A DNA stretch of 54,968 bases from a virus. Its lineage: Duplodnaviria > Caudoviricetes. Positions 7,677 through 16,996 of the stretch are shown here, one piece after another (positions within the stretch are counted from its first letter, which is position 1; each line of letters starts with the position of its first letter). The translations under genes were made by a program, and so were the position numbers. Below the pieces are notes generated by a model. That model was not told the DNA's origin. It did not search any database and was given only the letters and a program-made list of their open reading frames with translations. The DNA lies in IMG/VR virus record IMGVR_UViG_3300014167_000001, positions 1-54,968 of that record; one strand, given 5' to 3'.

Positions 7677-10600
7677 CTACCAGTTTTCGATTGCATCTTT
7701 CTCGGCCTGCGTCACCGGCTTGCCGCCGGCACGCTCCGCAGCCCGTTGCTGGCGCACGCCTTCGAGGCGCTGCGCCGCGTTCATCAGGTGAGGCGCGAGA
7801 GCGCGCTGAGCAGACGCCCGCGCTTTGCTTGCAGTGGGCTCGACGGGGGCCGCTCCCTGCGCTCCATGTAGCTGCTCAAGGCCGCTACCGTATCCGGCGC
7901 TGCGGAGGGCGGCGGCGTGGACGGGGTGGGCGAAGAGGTTGTGGAAGTCTGAGGTGCCGCGAATGAGGTCATGCGTGATGTCCTTGTCCTTCACCAGCTC
8001 GGGGATTGATTTCGTCTGACCAGCAGCGTCGGCGTGCTCGTACGCGGTCTTCGCCCACGACCACACCGTTTCCTGCACCTCGGCCGGTGTCCACTGCTCA
8101 CCCGTGAGATGCGTGAGCATCGCAGCCGCCTGCCGCACCTTGGCGTTGTACGCGAGGTAGGCGCTGCTCTTGCCGGGGCCGCTCTTGTTCATCGAGCCGC
8201 CCAGTTTCGCCGGGTTGAGGTTTGCGAACGCCGACATCCACGCGTCGTTCGTGACCTCGTGGACGTTGTCGCGCAGGTTCTGGAGGAATGAGTTGACCTT
8301 CGGGCCGCTGAGCATCGGCACCCTCTCCGGGTCCGGGTGCGTCAGCGCGCGAATGCTGTTGTTGGTCCACGCGTCGAGCACGCTAGCCTCGCCCTTGTCG
8401 CCCTGCACCGACTTGCCCATGATCGCCTTGATCTTAGCGGGATCGGTCGGGCGCCCGGCGGCATCCCAGTTGACGAACGTCTGCACAGCGTTGTGGAAGT
8501 TCGACTCGACGCTCACCTGCGGCGACATCGCGGCGAGGAGCGCCGTGAACCGCGGCGCGTCGCCGCCGAACACGGTGTGGATCGCGTTCGCCGCGTTCCT
8601 GTACCAGCCACGCTTGGCTTCGCCAGCGAGCGCGGCCGCCGCCAGCTCGTGCGTCGGCGGCAGTTCGTGGAAGATGTTCACGACGTTCGCGGCGACGTTC
8701 TTGCGCGCCGTCTGCTTCTGCTCCTCGGGCGTGAGGTGCTTGTTGATCTCTTCAATCGGCAACGGCTTGTCCCCGGGGAGCCGGTAGTCGTCCTTACCGA
8801 TTATCTTCGCGATGCTAGGATCGAACAGGACGAAGTTGCGAGAACCTTCGCCTTTACCTCGACTACCTGCGTCCAGATACTTCACGCCCGGAATGCCAAG
8901 CTGATGCAGGGCTGCGCTCGCGGTACGCGGGTCGCGGTCTGTGATACCACCCTTGTGACCGTAGTCCCAACGCCCAGTGCCACCTGCCGCAATGTTCGAG
9001 ATCGCGTGGTACAGTTGCTCGCCGGTCATGGCGTTAACCGTTTCAGGCTTGGCGAGGTTCCGAAGATACGGATTCTTGTCGGTCGTGAGAGACCGAAGCG
9101 CAGCCACTACTTGAGGCTGTTTACCGACCGGTTTGTCCCAGTCAAGCATCTTCGCAACGTGCTCGTCGGGTACATCCACGTGATAAAGCGCGCCTTTAGG
9201 CTGTAGTCGCGCTACAGCGTCATCGTACGCCGTGTTAGCGGCTTTGGCTTTATGCCATTCGGCCATTTCCGCGGACGGCAAATTCCCGGTGGCGCGCATC
9301 TTCATGTTCAGTGTAATGAACCGATCTTGCTGCGCACGCGTCGGTAGCTCCGGCAACTGAGCCCGCAGCTCGGGAGTCCACAGATCAACACCCTTCCGCA
9401 TAGTCAGAACTTTCTGATAGCTGCGGGCCACGTCGGGATTTTCTGCGACATACACTCCGTGCCCATACACCTGTGCACCCTCGCCCGTGCCAATCTTCTC
9501 TGCACGGAACCGACCGAACGGGTGTCCCTCTTCGGGTTCAAATTCATGCGGTGTACCGTGCCAGCCGACGCTGCCACGCTGACCCTTGCCGAACGCAGAC
9601 TGACCGAGCGGCTTGCCGCCCGGACCGCCGCCCGGACCGCCGACCTTCGTCGCGGGCACGGACTCGAAGAGCCGCGCCTGCCCGTGCATGAGCGGATAGT
9701 CCGGGTTGTCGACGTGATAGCCTGCGTAACCAGCCTTCTTGATCGCGGCTTCGTACGCGTCGAAGGACTTCCCCTTGCGCAGGTTGTCCGGATCGTTCAC
9801 CGCGTCGTAGAGCCGCGACTTCGGCACCTGTGCCGTGTACTGGTGCGGCGCGCCCTGCGTCACCAGCTTCTCGGGCTGCTCCGCGTTCATCTTCTCCGGA
9901 TAGAACGCGCTGACCTTCGTCGAGCGGTTGCGCTCGGCGTTGGTGCCGCGCGTGCCGGTGCCCTGCATCTCCGGGTTGATCGTCTTGAGATCGGGCTGGC
10001 TGCTGAAGTGGCGCAGCGTCACCATCGGCTCGCTCTTCGAGGCGCCGGCCTTGCGCACCCCGATCGCCCCCGACTGACTCTTGCCGGCGGCGGTCTGACC
10101 GAGCGGAGTCTCGCCCGGCCCACCGCCGTTAGGGCCCGGTGGACCGGCTTCCGGCGGTTCGAGCCGCCGGATGCGTGCCTCCGTGGACTTGGCGAGCGAC
10201 TTCTCGATGAACTTGCCGCCCATCTTCTCCAGCCCGTAGCCGATCACGGCGCCCGGGATGTGCCCGAGCAGCGCGCCGACCGTCTCGGCATGGCCGAGCG
10301 CGCCCTCGACCGCGCGGGCCTTGAGGTTGAGCCCCTGCGCGACGGCGCCCGGATACGAGCGATCCATGCGCAGGTAGTTGCCGGCGTCGTTGAGCACCTT
10401 GTACTGCTGCAGCTCCTCGGGCGTGTGCACGAGCGACATGCCGCCGATGTTTTGCTTCAGGTACGCGTTGACCTTCTTGACGTTCCACGCGCCGTTCGGT
10501 GCGTTGCTGTCGCTGCCGGCCGCGAGCACTTCGTTCGCGTAGTGCGCGCGCAGCTCGTTGAGCGCGGCGGCGGAGCGCTCCGCCATCTCGGGCGAGACCT

Positions 10601-13196
10601 TCGCTGCCATCTTGTACACGTCGACGAGGTGCGCGAGCTGCTCGCGACCGAGCCCGGCGACGTGCTTCGGGATGTCTTCGAGGTCGACCGGGCGATTGAT
10701 GCCGAGCCGATCGTCGGGCTTGCGCAGCGCCTGCACGCCTTCGGGCTCTTCGAGCACCTTGCCCTGCAGCGAGCGGACGTCGCGCGCGTCCTTGTAGATG
10801 TCCTCGCCCGCCACCTTCGCGACGTCGAGGTCGAGCGCGCCCTTGAGGCGGCCGATCAGGCGCGCGGTGCGCGGCGTCCAGTTGTCGTTCAGGTACTGGC
10901 GGAACTGCTCCGCCTGCTCGACCGTCGCCGGGTTGAACGTGTCGTTCGCGCCCGTGAGGCCGAGTTCCTTCGCCCGCGCCATCACGCCTTCGTAGAGCTG
11001 CTTGCCCTCGGTAGTGCCGAGGAACTGCGCCTTCTCTTTGGCGAGGATGTTGCCGGTGTCGCCGAGCTGGAACGGCCGACCCTGCGCGCGTTCGGTGGCG
11101 ATCGCGTAATGCTGTTTGATCAGGTCTTCGAGGTGTGCCTCGTACGCCTCGATCGGCGCCGTCATCGTGCGACCGCGACGCTCGCGGTCGATCTGGTCGT
11201 TGCCGCTCGTGCCGCCGCTCTTGTCGACAAGATCCTCGGCCATGCTGTGCAGCGCGGCGCGCTCGTTGGCGATCACCTCGGCCATGCGCGCGCCCGCCTG
11301 TCCGCCGCCGGTCTTGCCGGTCAGCTTCGAGGTCTGGACGTCGGTGCCGGCCTCGCGCGTGTCGCCCGTGATGGCGCTCTCGCGCACTTCCTTGAGGCCG
11401 TGCGGCACGAGCTGGCGCAGCGTCGCCTCGCGCTCGGCCTGCTGTGCCTCGGGCACCGGGCCGGTCTGCGCGCCCTCGCGCGTCGGCGGCTCGAAGGACA
11501 CCGGCTTCTCGGTCTGCGGCTTGAGCGCGGGCGCGGCCTTCGGCTTGACACCCGCGGGCGTCGCCGCGTAGTGCTGGCCGTTCGCGTCGCGCGTCCACGA
11601 GTCGAGCCCCTGCGCGGCCTCGGGCTCGACCGGGCCCCACTTGCCGACCGGCTCGGTGTGGCCGTCCGCATAACGGAGCACGCTGTTGCCGTTCGGGTCG
11701 ACGTGGAGCACGGACTCCTGCCCGTGGACCTTGGCGAGCCCCTCGACGAGCGATCGTGCGCCCGGGGTCGGGGTCTGCACCGCGAAGGAATTCTCGGTGC
11801 TGCCCTTGTAGTTGCCGAGCGTCGGCGTGTGCGGCACGCCGAACGCCTTGAGCTGGTTCGCCAGCTCCGCCGTCGCGGCTGCGTTCTGCTCGGGCGTGTT
11901 GCCGGCCTTCTCCGCCGACAGCATCGAGAACGGCGCCTTGCCGCTCAGGTCGACCGGCAATTTGGGGGCCGGGGCCTTGGGAGCCCCGGGCTCGGCAGCG
12001 GCGCTGGGCGCCTCTCCGGCGGCCTTGGGGCCGACCTCGTAGACCGGCTTTAGCTCGCTCTTGCTGACCTTCTCGCCCGTCCCGGGGTCGACCGTGTTCG
12101 GGTTTTCCTTGACCGGGTAGCCGCGCCGCTCCAGCGCCGCGTAGACGTTCTGCTCGGGCTCGGACACGCGAGTGTCGCTCTGGTGCGCCAAGCCGCGGGC
12201 CTGCGCCTCGGCGTTCAGGCGCTCCTGAGCGGCCACCATCTGGCCCTGACCGCGCGCGTCCTCGGGCACCTCGGCGTGGTTGACGCGCAGCGTGCCCTGC
12301 TCCTGGTCGGCAACCGCCGTCAGCTTGGCGCCGGCAGCAGTCGTCACCGTGTGCGTGTTGCCGTCGACCCGGTGGCCGGTCTGGATCGGCTCTGCGGTCG
12401 CCTGCGGGGCGGCAGGCGCCGCCGGAGCCGCGGGGCCGGGCTCAGCGCCCGGGGCCGGCTTGGCGCCCTGCGCCGGGCCCCCGAAGCGCTCCGGCATCGG
12501 GGCGGCGTGCAGCTCCTCGGGAGAGTAGCCGCCCGGGGCAACAGGAGGCACCGGGGCGGCCGGAGCGGCAGTCTTGGGGGCAGTGGCCTTGGCGACCGCG
12601 TGGCCTGTCGCCGCGCCTGCTACGACGCTGGCGGCGGTCTGGAGCGCCGGGTTGTCCGTGACCTCGCCGACGCCCTGCCCGGCCGCGCCCATCGCAGCGC
12701 CGGCCGTCGCGGCGGCAGCGACCGGAAGCGCTCGGAGAGGTGCGCCGATCAAGCCCGGGGCAACGCCTTCCCCGGCCGCGGACAGGACACGGTTCGTGGT
12801 CGTGTCCTCGCCGTTCGGCTGCAGGAACCCGCCCGCGCCGGCATCGGCCGCCTTCTGGCGCCACCAGCCGGTGCTGCCGACTGTCTTCGCCTGCTCCTCG
12901 GGGCTCGCGGGCTGGAGCCAGTCGGGAATGTCGTTGCCGGTCGCTTCATGATACGCGGTGCCGGCGGCGGCCTTTCCGACTTCCATGACGTTGCGCGCGG
13001 TGTCGACCGGGAGCCCGAGCACGTCAGTGACGCCCTTGTTGAGCCCGGTCGCGATCGCGCTCGCGGCGCCAGACGCTGTCGTCTTCGGCGCAGCGACCGG
13101 CTCATCAGCCTCCCACGGCGCAGCCGGCGCCGCGCTCGAAGCGCTCGCGACCGGTGCATCCGCTTCCCACGGGGCAGCAGTGTTCGCCATGATCAA
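7677..13196 (-). CDS. Giant ejection/DNA-transfer polyvalent protein (GNAT, SAM-lyase-like, two ART-like and glycosylase-like domains)
   Basis: 1839 aa; third gene of the ejection locus; N-terminal PWE repeats and Gly/Ala hydrophobic helices; domain motifs are listed under findings. Confidence 0.8.
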   Translation of the reverse strand: MIMANTAAPWEADAPVASASSAAPAAPWEADEPVAAPKTTASGAASAIATGLNKGVTDVLGLPVDTARNVMEVGKAAAGTAYHEATGNDIPDWLQPASPEEQAKTVGSTGWWRQKAADAGAGGFLQPNGEDTTTNRVLSAAGEGVAPGLIGAPLRALPVAAAATAGAAMGAAGQGVGEVTDNPALQTAASVVAGAATGHAVAKATAPKTAAPAAPVPPVAPGGYSPEELHAAPMPERFGGPAQGAKPAPGAEPGPAAPAAPAAPQATAEPIQTGHRVDGNTHTVTTAAGAKLTAVADQEQGTLRVNHAEVPEDARGQGQMVAAQERLNAEAQARGLAHQSDTRVSEPEQNVYAALERRGYPVKENPNTVDPGTGEKVSKSELKPVYEVGPKAAGEAPSAAAEPGAPKAPAPKLPVDLSGKAPFSMLSAEKAGNTPEQNAAATAELANQLKAFGVPHTPTLGNYKGSTENSFAVQTPTPGARSLVEGLAKVHGQESVLHVDPNGNSVLRYADGHTEPVGKWGPVEPEAAQGLDSWTRDANGQHYAATPAGVKPKAAPALKPQTEKPVSFEPPTREGAQTGPVPEAQQAEREATLRQLVPHGLKEVRESAITGDTREAGTDVQTSKLTGKTGGGQAGARMAEVIANERAALHSMAEDLVDKSGGTSGNDQIDRERRGRTMTAPIEAYEAHLEDLIKQHYAIATERAQGRPFQLGDTGNILAKEKAQFLGTTEGKQLYEGVMARAKELGLTGANDTFNPATVEQAEQFRQYLNDNWTPRTARLIGRLKGALDLDVAKVAGEDIYKDARDVRSLQGKVLEEPEGVQALRKPDDRLGINRPVDLEDIPKHVAGLGREQLAHLVDVYKMAAKVSPEMAERSAAALNELRAHYANEVLAAGSDSNAPNGAWNVKKVNAYLKQNIGGMSLVHTPEELQQYKVLNDAGNYLRMDRSYPGAVAQGLNLKARAVEGALGHAETVGALLGHIPGAVIGYGLEKMGGKFIEKSLAKSTEARIRRLEPPEAGPPGPNGGGPGETPLGQTAAGKSQSGAIGVRKAGASKSEPMVTLRHFSSQPDLKTINPEMQGTGTRGTNAERNRSTKVSAFYPEKMNAEQPEKLVTQGAPHQYTAQVPKSRLYDAVNDPDNLRKGKSFDAYEAAIKKAGYAGYHVDNPDYPLMHGQARLFESVPATKVGGPGGGPGGKPLGQSAFGKGQRGSVGWHGTPHEFEPEEGHPFGRFRAEKIGTGEGAQVYGHGVYVAENPDVARSYQKVLTMRKGVDLWTPELRAQLPELPTRAQQDRFITLNMKMRATGNLPSAEMAEWHKAKAANTAYDDAVARLQPKGALYHVDVPDEHVAKMLDWDKPVGKQPQVVAALRSLTTDKNPYLRNLAKPETVNAMTGEQLYHAISNIAAGGTGRWDYGHKGGITDRDPRTASAALHQLGIPGVKYLDAGSRGKGEGSRNFVLFDPSIAKIIGKDDYRLPGDKPLPIEEINKHLTPEEQKQTARKNVAANVVNIFHELPPTHELAAAALAGEAKRGWYRNAANAIHTVFGGDAPRFTALLAAMSPQVSVESNFHNAVQTFVNWDAAGRPTDPAKIKAIMGKSVQGDKGEASVLDAWTNNSIRALTHPDPERVPMLSGPKVNSFLQNLRDNVHEVTNDAWMSAFANLNPAKLGGSMNKSGPGKSSAYLAYNAKVRQAAAMLTHLTGEQWTPAEVQETVWSWAKTAYEHADAAGQTKSIPELVKDKDITHDLIRGTSDFHNLFAHPVHAAALRSAGYGSGLEQLHGAQGAAPVEPTASKARASAQRALAPHLMNAAQRLEGVRQQRAAERAGGKPVTQAEKDAIENW

Positions 13197-15211
13197 CCCT
13201 TCGTCCGTGTGACACCATTCGGGTCGACGTACGTCTGACCCGACTTCAGTTTCGCGTAGTCAGCGGCAGTCTTCACCGTGACCGGCGCCGCGCGCTGAAT
13301 CTGTCCCGACTGGCCGACGCCCGGCGGATTGTTCGGCGGCGCTTCGCCGGTCATGCCGGTCTGCACGTTCGAGGGCCGCGGGAAGCGATCCTCATAGTCG
13401 AACTGGCGCGAGTCGTTGCCAGCGTTCACCCACGCACGAGCCGCGCGGGACTTGCCGATCTCGTACTGCGCGTCGCTCTTCTCCCAGTCGAGCATCTGCT
13501 TGACCGCGAAGCGCGACAGGTCCGGATTCGCGCTCAGTGAGTTGAGGATGAGCCCCGACTCCTGCGCGCCGAGACGCACCTGCGCGCCCTCGCCATGCAA
13601 CTTCGACAGGATCGTGTTGAGCTGGTCCTGACCGAGTTCCTTGCCGAGCAACTGGCGCATCGCGGCGCTGTTCTCGATCGCGTCCGCGGCCTGCTGACCG
13701 GTCCAGTTACGGAACACGGTCTGCACTTCGGCCCAGCCCGCGGAGCCGGGGCCAAGGGTCGTGGACTTGTCGAGCGCGGCCGCGGCGCGATTCACGTTGA
13801 CGAGCGTCGTCTGCGCAGTCTGCGCGCCGGTCGTCGCTTCGCTCAGGAGCGCGTTCGTCGCCTTCGTGTATGCAGTCTGCGCCTCGACTTCGCCCGGACT
13901 CGGCTTCGCGTTGCCTGTGTTGAGGAAAGCCGGTGCCTTGGGACCGCTCTGCACGTACGCCTGCTGCGTTGGCGTGAGCTGCGACGGCAGGGTGCCGGCG
14001 TTCGGCGAGCCACCTTTCGCGGCCGGGGCCGTGGCTGGGGCCGCAGCGGGCGCGGTGCCCGAGGTGTTCGCGGCCGGCGCTGTACCGGCGGCCGAACCTG
14101 CTGCGATGTTGGCCTGATGCCCCTGCATGTTGACCCACTGCGCCTTGCTGGTCGCGCCGTCCGCCTGCCACTGCGGCACCTGCATCTCGCGCCCGTTGCG
14201 CGTGACGGTGACGATCGCATCGGCCTTCGTGCCGAGTTCGCTCCAGTCCTTCGAGCTGAGCCCGGTCGGGTTGCCGCCGAGCACCGGGTTGTTCGTCTGC
14301 GCATCACGCGCGACGCCGTCGGTACCGACCGTGATCTCGCGCCCCGAGTAGCGGTGCGCGGCGTTGCCGGCCTCGGTCGCGTACTGACGCACGAAGCCGT
14401 CGGTCTGCTCAGGCGTCCAGCCGTTCTTCTTCGCGAGCTGGTCGATCTGGTTGCCCATGTCCGGGTGATACGCCTTCAGCAGCCCGAGCGCCGTGCCGGG
14501 ATCCGCCTTCGCGATCGCGTCCGACTGGTCGTAGAAGTTGCTCGCGGCGAGCTGCGCCTTGCTCGACGCTGTTTGAATGCGGGCATCGTGCATGGCCGTG
14601 ACGTTCGCCGTCAGGTCGGGAAGCCCCATCATCTTCATGGTGGCGGCTGTCTGATACTGCTGCAGCTCCTGCGGCGTCCAAATGGGCTTCACCGCAAAGT
14701 TCCGCTGGGCCGTCTGATCAATGTGCCCCGGATCGAGCCCAATCGACGCAGCCGCCGACGTACCGCCCCCAGCGCCGCCAGACGCGGGCGTGCCACCCGT
14801 AGCGAGCGTGGGTGTGCTGTCATCGCCAGCGCCGCCGATGTTTCCAGCGCCGCCACCCGCACCGCCGACCAGCGCGGCGCCGGCATCCGAGGCGCCCCCG
14901 GCGAGGTTGGTTAGCGCGCTGCCAGCGTCGGCGCTGGAAATAGCGGAATCGCTGCCACCCCCACCACCGGTTCCGGACGCGTCCGCCATGGGCGTCGAGT
15001 CGTTGACCGCTGGCGCCTGCATCCCGCTCATGTACTTCTTCAAGACGTCGAGCTGCAATTGTGACTTTTGATTGGCGAGATTGGCGCCCGTCGTCTGCGC
15101 ACTCGCGAGCCCCGCGTTGGCGTAGGAACTCGCCGCGTTCGCGTTGGCGGTCGTCTGCGAGGACAGGAGGTCGCCGTAATTGGCGAGCGGGGTCACCGGA
15201 AGGTCAGCCAT
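13193..15211 (-). CDS. Putative ejection (DNA injection) protein
   Basis: 672 aa, Ala/Gly/Gln-rich helical; C-terminal YAKLKSGQTYVDPNG motif; synteny with P22 gp20. Confidence 0.7.
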   Translation of the reverse strand: MADLPVTPLANYGDLLSSQTTANANAASSYANAGLASAQTTGANLANQKSQLQLDVLKKYMSGMQAPAVNDSTPMADASGTGGGGGSDSAISSADAGSALTNLAGGASDAGAALVGGAGGGAGNIGGAGDDSTPTLATGGTPASGGAGGGTSAAASIGLDPGHIDQTAQRNFAVKPIWTPQELQQYQTAATMKMMGLPDLTANVTAMHDARIQTASSKAQLAASNFYDQSDAIAKADPGTALGLLKAYHPDMGNQIDQLAKKNGWTPEQTDGFVRQYATEAGNAAHRYSGREITVGTDGVARDAQTNNPVLGGNPTGLSSKDWSELGTKADAIVTVTRNGREMQVPQWQADGATSKAQWVNMQGHQANIAAGSAAGTAPAANTSGTAPAAAPATAPAAKGGSPNAGTLPSQLTPTQQAYVQSGPKAPAFLNTGNAKPSPGEVEAQTAYTKATNALLSEATTGAQTAQTTLVNVNRAAAALDKSTTLGPGSAGWAEVQTVFRNWTGQQAADAIENSAAMRQLLGKELGQDQLNTILSKLHGEGAQVRLGAQESGLILNSLSANPDLSRFAVKQMLDWEKSDAQYEIGKSRAARAWVNAGNDSRQFDYEDRFPRPSNVQTGMTGEAPPNNPPGVGQSGQIQRAAPVTVKTAADYAKLKSGQTYVDPNGVTRTKG

Positions 15212-15222
15212 TATTCATCCCC

Positions 15223-16017
15223 TTACGAGAACAGGCTCAAGATACCGCTGAGTGCACTGGCACCGCCGCTGGCGCCACCGCCGCTGCCCGGGCTCGTGAG
15301 TCCTGTGATCATGCTGTTCCACGCGCCAGCGTTACCGAGGATGCCGCTCGCGTTCGCGTTGCCGATGCCCATCTGCGCCGCGCCGATGTTGGCGGACGTG
15401 CTGAGATTGGCGTTCGAGACGTTCGTCGCCGCCGTCTGGCCCATGCCAGCCATACTGAGCAGGTTGCCGACGTAGCTTTGGTACTGCTGACTCGCGACAC
15501 CCTGCGCGTAGGTGTCTTCGTTGTTCATCGTCGCGGTCGAGTAGAGGTTCCCGTTCGCGGAGGCGTTGCGATTGATCGCGTTCTCGCCCTGCGTGAGCGC
15601 GAACTGGTAGTTCGGCGAGTTGTAGAAGCCGGCGTAGTTCGCGTTGTTCGGATTGGCGCCGCCTGTTGAAGTGCCCCCGCCCCCACCTCCGCTGCCGCCC
15701 CCGCCGCCAGCTCCGGTAACGGTGTTGGTGCCTACCTGCGTCGTGCCGACCGTGCCGCCAGCGCCGCTGTTGCCGCCGCCGATGCCGTAGAGCTGGTCCA
15801 GCAGGTTTGTCGCGCCGCCACCCATGTTGGTGTACGGCGCCAAAATGTTCTGGGTGTTCGCGTACGCGTTCTGCTCGGTGCCGACCGCCTGCGTCATGCC
15901 GCCAGTTTGCGCAGCCGCGGCGGCGCTCGAAGCGTTCGCAGAGGTGATCCCCTTGGCAACGGCGCCGGCTCCCGCGACGATCGCGCCTACCGCAACTGCA
16001 CTGAGTCCGAACGTCAT
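15223..16017 (-). CDS. DNA transfer/ejection protein (P22 gp7-like)
   Basis: Hydrophobic Gly/Ala N-terminus (MTFGLSAVAVGAIVAG), LAPY, SPNYQF..QG..AI..ASA.G.L.S. Confidence 0.8.
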   Translation of the reverse strand: MTFGLSAVAVGAIVAGAGAVAKGITSANASSAAAAAQTGGMTQAVGTEQNAYANTQNILAPYTNMGGGATNLLDQLYGIGGGNSGAGGTVGTTQVGTNTVTGAGGGGGSGGGGGGTSTGGANPNNANYAGFYNSPNYQFALTQGENAINRNASANGNLYSTATMNNEDTYAQGVASQQYQSYVGNLLSMAGMGQTAATNVSNANLSTSANIGAAQMGIGNANASGILGNAGAWNSMITGLTSPGSGGGASGGASALSGILSLFS

Positions 16018-16502
16018 TGAATTTTCTCCGGTAGCGCCAACGGCGCCATCCCAAGCTGCGGGTTCCGCGTCTGCAGGCGGTCCGCCTCTTCTACTAGGTC
16101 GTCCTCGATGTCCTCGGGAGACGTCTTGTTGGTGCTGTGCACGGTGGTCCACACCGTCTCGGCGTGCGCGAACCCCGCCCGCTTGCTGCCCGCCGCCACC
16201 GGGAACACGTGCTGGCCCGTGAAACGCCTCGGGCCGTCTTCGGTCGTGACCGTGATGTCGCCCGTGACGATCACTATGTGGTCGTGCTTGTGCACGGCGC
16301 CCGTGATGATCGTGGCCGCCGGCAGCGTGATCGAGCGCGCGTAGACGCCGCCGCTCAGGCAGTGCTGCGTCTTGAGGTCCACCTGCGGATACTGTAGCAG
16401 GTGCTGTTCCAACCGCTCCACCTTCTCGCGCGTCGTGCGCGCGGGAAGGCGGCGTGGCGGAATGGTCAGTGAGAAGCTGATGCCGGGGGCGGGGCTTTGC
16501 AT
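16014..16502 (-). CDS. Cupin-like phage protein
   Basis: H..SGGVYAR.I..PA...ITGAVHK.DH, G.KRAG.AH.ETVWTTVH. Confidence 0.7.
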   Translation of the reverse strand: MQSPAPGISFSLTIPPRRLPARTTREKVERLEQHLLQYPQVDLKTQHCLSGGVYARSITLPAATIITGAVHKHDHIVIVTGDITVTTEDGPRRFTGQHVFPVAAGSKRAGFAHAETVWTTVHSTNKTSPEDIEDDLVEEADRLQTRNPQLGMAPLALPEKIQ

Positions 16503-16996
16503 ATACCTGCTGCGATGCAGTCGGTGATGTAGTTCTGGAGCGCGACGATCCACGCGTCCGCGTCTTCGTACAGCTTGTCTAGCGGGGGCCCGACGTCCCG
16601 CTCGGCGGGTTCATTATCTGCCGGCCCTGCTGCTGGAACGCCGGCTTCTGCATGAGTAGCGGGTCTGGCGCCACCATTTGCGGGCACTGCTCGGGGCGCT
16701 GGGGTGCGGGGGCACACGAGCACGTGAGGAGCGTCGACAGCAGGAGGAGCGGCCAGAGCGGCCTTGAAAGTTGATAACGCTTCATTCGTGAGAACTTTTG
16801 CACGAGCCTCTACCTCCTCGCTGTGAACTATCTGAGCGTCGGCGAGCCGCTTATCGGCGGCCGCGTCCTTCGCGTGCTGAATTCCTTCGACGTGGTCTGT
16901 GTACCACCAGAAGCCGCCCGCGAGCGAGAGTGCAAACGCACCCCATACGAACCACGAGACCGGGACCAACTTGAGCAGTGCGGCGAGGAAATTCAT
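16466..16996 (-). CDS. Rz-like inner-membrane spanin
   Basis: N-terminal TM helix, helical periplasmic region, C-terminal ALQNYI..C; follows the lysis genes and contains a nested lipoprotein gene. Confidence 0.75.
   Translation of the reverse strand: MNFLAALLKLVPVSWFVWGAFALSLAGGFWWYTDHVEGIQHAKDAAADKRLADAQIVHSEEVEARAKVLTNEALSTFKAALAAPPAVDAPHVLVCPRTPAPRAVPANGGARPATHAEAGVPAAGPADNEPAERDVGPPLDKLYEDADAWIVALQNYITDCIAAGICKAPPPASASH
16579..16785 (-). CDS. Rz1-like outer-membrane spanin (embedded lipoprotein)
   Basis: MKR.. signal, hydrophobic core, lipobox-like LLTCSC, Pro-rich mature part; nested in Rz in another frame. Confidence 0.75.
   Translation of the reverse strand: MKRYQLSRPLWPLLLLSTLLTCSCAPAPQRPEQCPQMVAPDPLLMQKPAFQQQGRQIMNPPSGTSGPR

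Noticed and set aside
9459-12053. 864-aa plus-strand ORF (also 1677-3386, 6039-7457, 22126-23829, 24325-25716, 27413-28822, 45698-47125)
   Set aside because: Antisense shadows of real genes, caused by high GC3; no recognisable motifs
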